The translations under genes and the position numbers were made by a program. Source: Leptospira sp. (lineage in GTDB: Bacteria; Spirochaetota; Leptospiria; Leptospirales; Leptospiraceae). Taken from it: a DNA stretch of 64,000 nt. Shown one piece after another: positions 62,204-64,000 of the stretch (position 1 is the first letter of the stretch; every line of letters starts with the position of its first letter). Location of the stretch: NCBI GenBank assembly GCA_034439575.1, contig JAWXAQ010000030.1, positions 32,001 to 96,000 on the forward strand, in the 5' to 3' direction. Below the pieces are notes generated by a model. It did no database searches, was not told where the DNA came from, and saw only the letters and a program-made list of their open reading frames with translations.

Positions 62204-63730
62204 TTATTCTACTCTCATCGAAGGTTTGGTATAAGAATAAAGCCCGTGGACCGATCCTTGTGCCTGAGCGGATTCTGTTCGTCTTTCAAAACGAAGTTTG
62301 CCATGTCTTAATGCATTGTGAATTTCAGGAATACTTTTGTATCCCATATCTTGGAATGATTGTCTAAGCCCTTGGATCAAATAAGGAATCAAATTTAATA
62401 CGGAACCCTTATCGACGACATAGCCAGATACACCTTGCGCCACTTTGATTTTTTGAGATTCAGAAAAATATCGTTTATCTCCACCCTTATTCATTGCTTC
62501 CAAACTTGCCATTCCACGGTATCTCTTTAGACGTATTCCATTCTCATAAAAATACTCACCTGGTGCTTCTTTTGTGCCTGCAAACATAGAACCCATCATG
62601 CACATAGAAGCCCCGATCGCGAGGGCATTGGCAATATCACCGATATTGGAAATGCCCCCATCTGCAATGACAGGAACTCCGTGTTTTGACGCGTATTGTG
62701 CCGTTTTAAATACAGCCGTTGCCTGTGCCCGTCCCACAGCCATAGTATCTTGTGTGATACAAATGGAACCTGGTCCCATTCCGATTCGCAATCCATCGGC
62801 ACCTGCGGCAATTAAATTCGCGGCCTGCCCTTGTGTGACAACATTACCAGCGATCACATCTACATTCGGAAAATTTTTCTTTATGAACTGGATCATTTCG
62901 ATTTGATAAGATGAATTTCCTTGCGCGGAATCTATCGTAATCACATCCACACCTATACTCGATAAGGCGGCAATTCGTTCTCGGGATTCTGGAAGTGTGG
63001 ATAAAGCCGCACCGACTCTCAATTTTTTTGAGTCGTCTTTGGATGCTTGCGGGAATTCTTTATTTTTTTGTAAATCACTACGACATATTAGTGCAACTAG
63101 TCTACCTTGTTTATCAGTGATAGGGAGTTTGCCTTTTTTGCTAGTTCTTAAAATATCATTTGCTTCGCGTAAACTGATACCTTGTTCGGCGGTGATCAAT
63201 TCCTTCGTCATCACCTTACCAAGTTTAACCGAACGATCTTGTTCAAAGTCAACATCTCTATTGGTGACAATGCCCACTAACTTTGTATTTTGCGTCCCAT
63301 CTTCGGTAATAGGGATACCACTGAAACCATGTTTTTCTTTGATATCATCCAAATCAAAGATAGTGTGTTCCGGTGAAAGTAAAATTGGATCTTTGATAAA
63401 ACCATTTTCGTAACGTTTTACCTTTTTTACTAATTCAACTTGTTCTTCTAAGCTATTATTATAATGTATGATACCGATTCCACCCATCAGAGCCTGTGCA
63501 ATGGCCATATCGGACTCAGTCACTGTGTCCATAGGCGAACTCATCAAAGGTCTTTTGAGTGTGATATTTTTTGAAAGTTTGGTTTCGAGCTCTACGTCGC
63601 TCGGATTGAAATCGATATAACCAGGTAACACTAAAAAATCACGGTAGGTAAGCCCTAAATTGACCGAAAAAAGCTCATCTCCACTAACTCCGTCTAAGAG
63701 TTCAATCCCAAATGGGGTGTGATTTGACAT
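62204..63730 (-). CDS. guaB: IMP dehydrogenase with CBS pair (eukaryote-like sequence type)
   Basis: [22 protein letters not shown] (catalytic Cys), ADGG, YRGM, AQGVSG. Confidence 0.97.
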   Translation of the reverse strand: MSNHTPFGIELLDGVSGDELFSVNLGLTYRDFLVLPGYIDFNPSDVELETKLSKNITLKRPLMSSPMDTVTESDMAIAQALMGGIGIIHYNNSLEEQVELVKKVKRYENGFIKDPILLSPEHTIFDLDDIKEKHGFSGIPITEDGTQNTKLVGIVTNRDVDFEQDRSVKLGKVMTKELITAEQGISLREANDILRTSKKGKLPITDKQGRLVALICRSDLQKNKEFPQASKDDSKKLRVGAALSTLPESRERIAALSSIGVDVITIDSAQGNSSYQIEMIQFIKKNFPNVDVIAGNVVTQGQAANLIAAGADGLRIGMGPGSICITQDTMAVGRAQATAVFKTAQYASKHGVPVIADGGISNIGDIANALAIGASMCMMGSMFAGTKEAPGEYFYENGIRLKRYRGMASLEAMNKGGDKRYFSESQKIKVAQGVSGYVVDKGSVLNLIPYLIQGLRQSFQDMGYKSIPEIHNALRHGKLRFERRTESAQAQGSVHGLYSYTKPSMRVE

Positions 63731-63833
63731 AATTAACCTTCCTTTTTCTACTTTAAGTAAGAAAAGTATGGATGCAAGAGAATTTCCACCTTCCAGACGT
63801 CGATAATGTAATGAAAACCACGGTCTCTTTAGA

Positions 63834-64000
63834 ATGGAAACGATAGAGCGAACAAAACGATCCTTAGATGTTTTTTCTGATAAAGAAAAAAAACTGCACG
63901 TCCTTACAAAATTCCTTTTGAATCAGGAATTGAACATAAAGGATTCATATCCTCCTGGCGATGTATGTGTCTTAAAAAAAGTCTCGGGTGATGGAAGTAA
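63834..64000 (+). CDS. 5' part of a hypothetical protein; runs off the window end
   Basis: Open frame from ATG 63834: [33 protein letters not shown]... Confidence 0.55.
   Translation, partial: METIERTKRSLDVFSDKEKKLHVLTKFLLNQELNIKDSYPPGDVCVLKKVSGDGS

Overview
AT-rich bacterial chromosome segment, very likely from Leptospira (tandem flaB periplasmic flagellins, a LipL46-like lipoprotein, spirochaete-type lipoboxes). It is densely coding. Housekeeping genes include a cysteine desulfurase, ychF, an RluA-family pseudouridine synthase, a cyclophilin, two flaB, carB, rsmE and guaB. Envelope and signalling genes include a NamZ-like protein, a Kef K+ efflux pair, PAS kinases, an adenylate cyclase, an AsmA-like protein, a VIT/vWA/TPR protein, alpha-2-macroglobulin and alkB with a tetR. 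I saw no rRNA, tRNA, CRISPR array or intact IS. The main candidates for new biology are: (1) a 62-codon basic ORF at 30344-30532 with an intrinsic terminator inside its coding sequence, the architecture of ArfA/BrfA-type backup ribosome-rescue factors; (2) a tightly coupled operon joining a membrane-anchored CHAT (caspase-like) protease to an ECF sigma factor and a candidate anti-sigma; (3) a eukaryote-type IMP dehydrogenase; (4) a DinB/DedA-ATP-grasp/DoxX cluster; (5) structured flaB leaders with CsrA-type GGA loops. All family calls are from motif recognition by eye; no searches were run.
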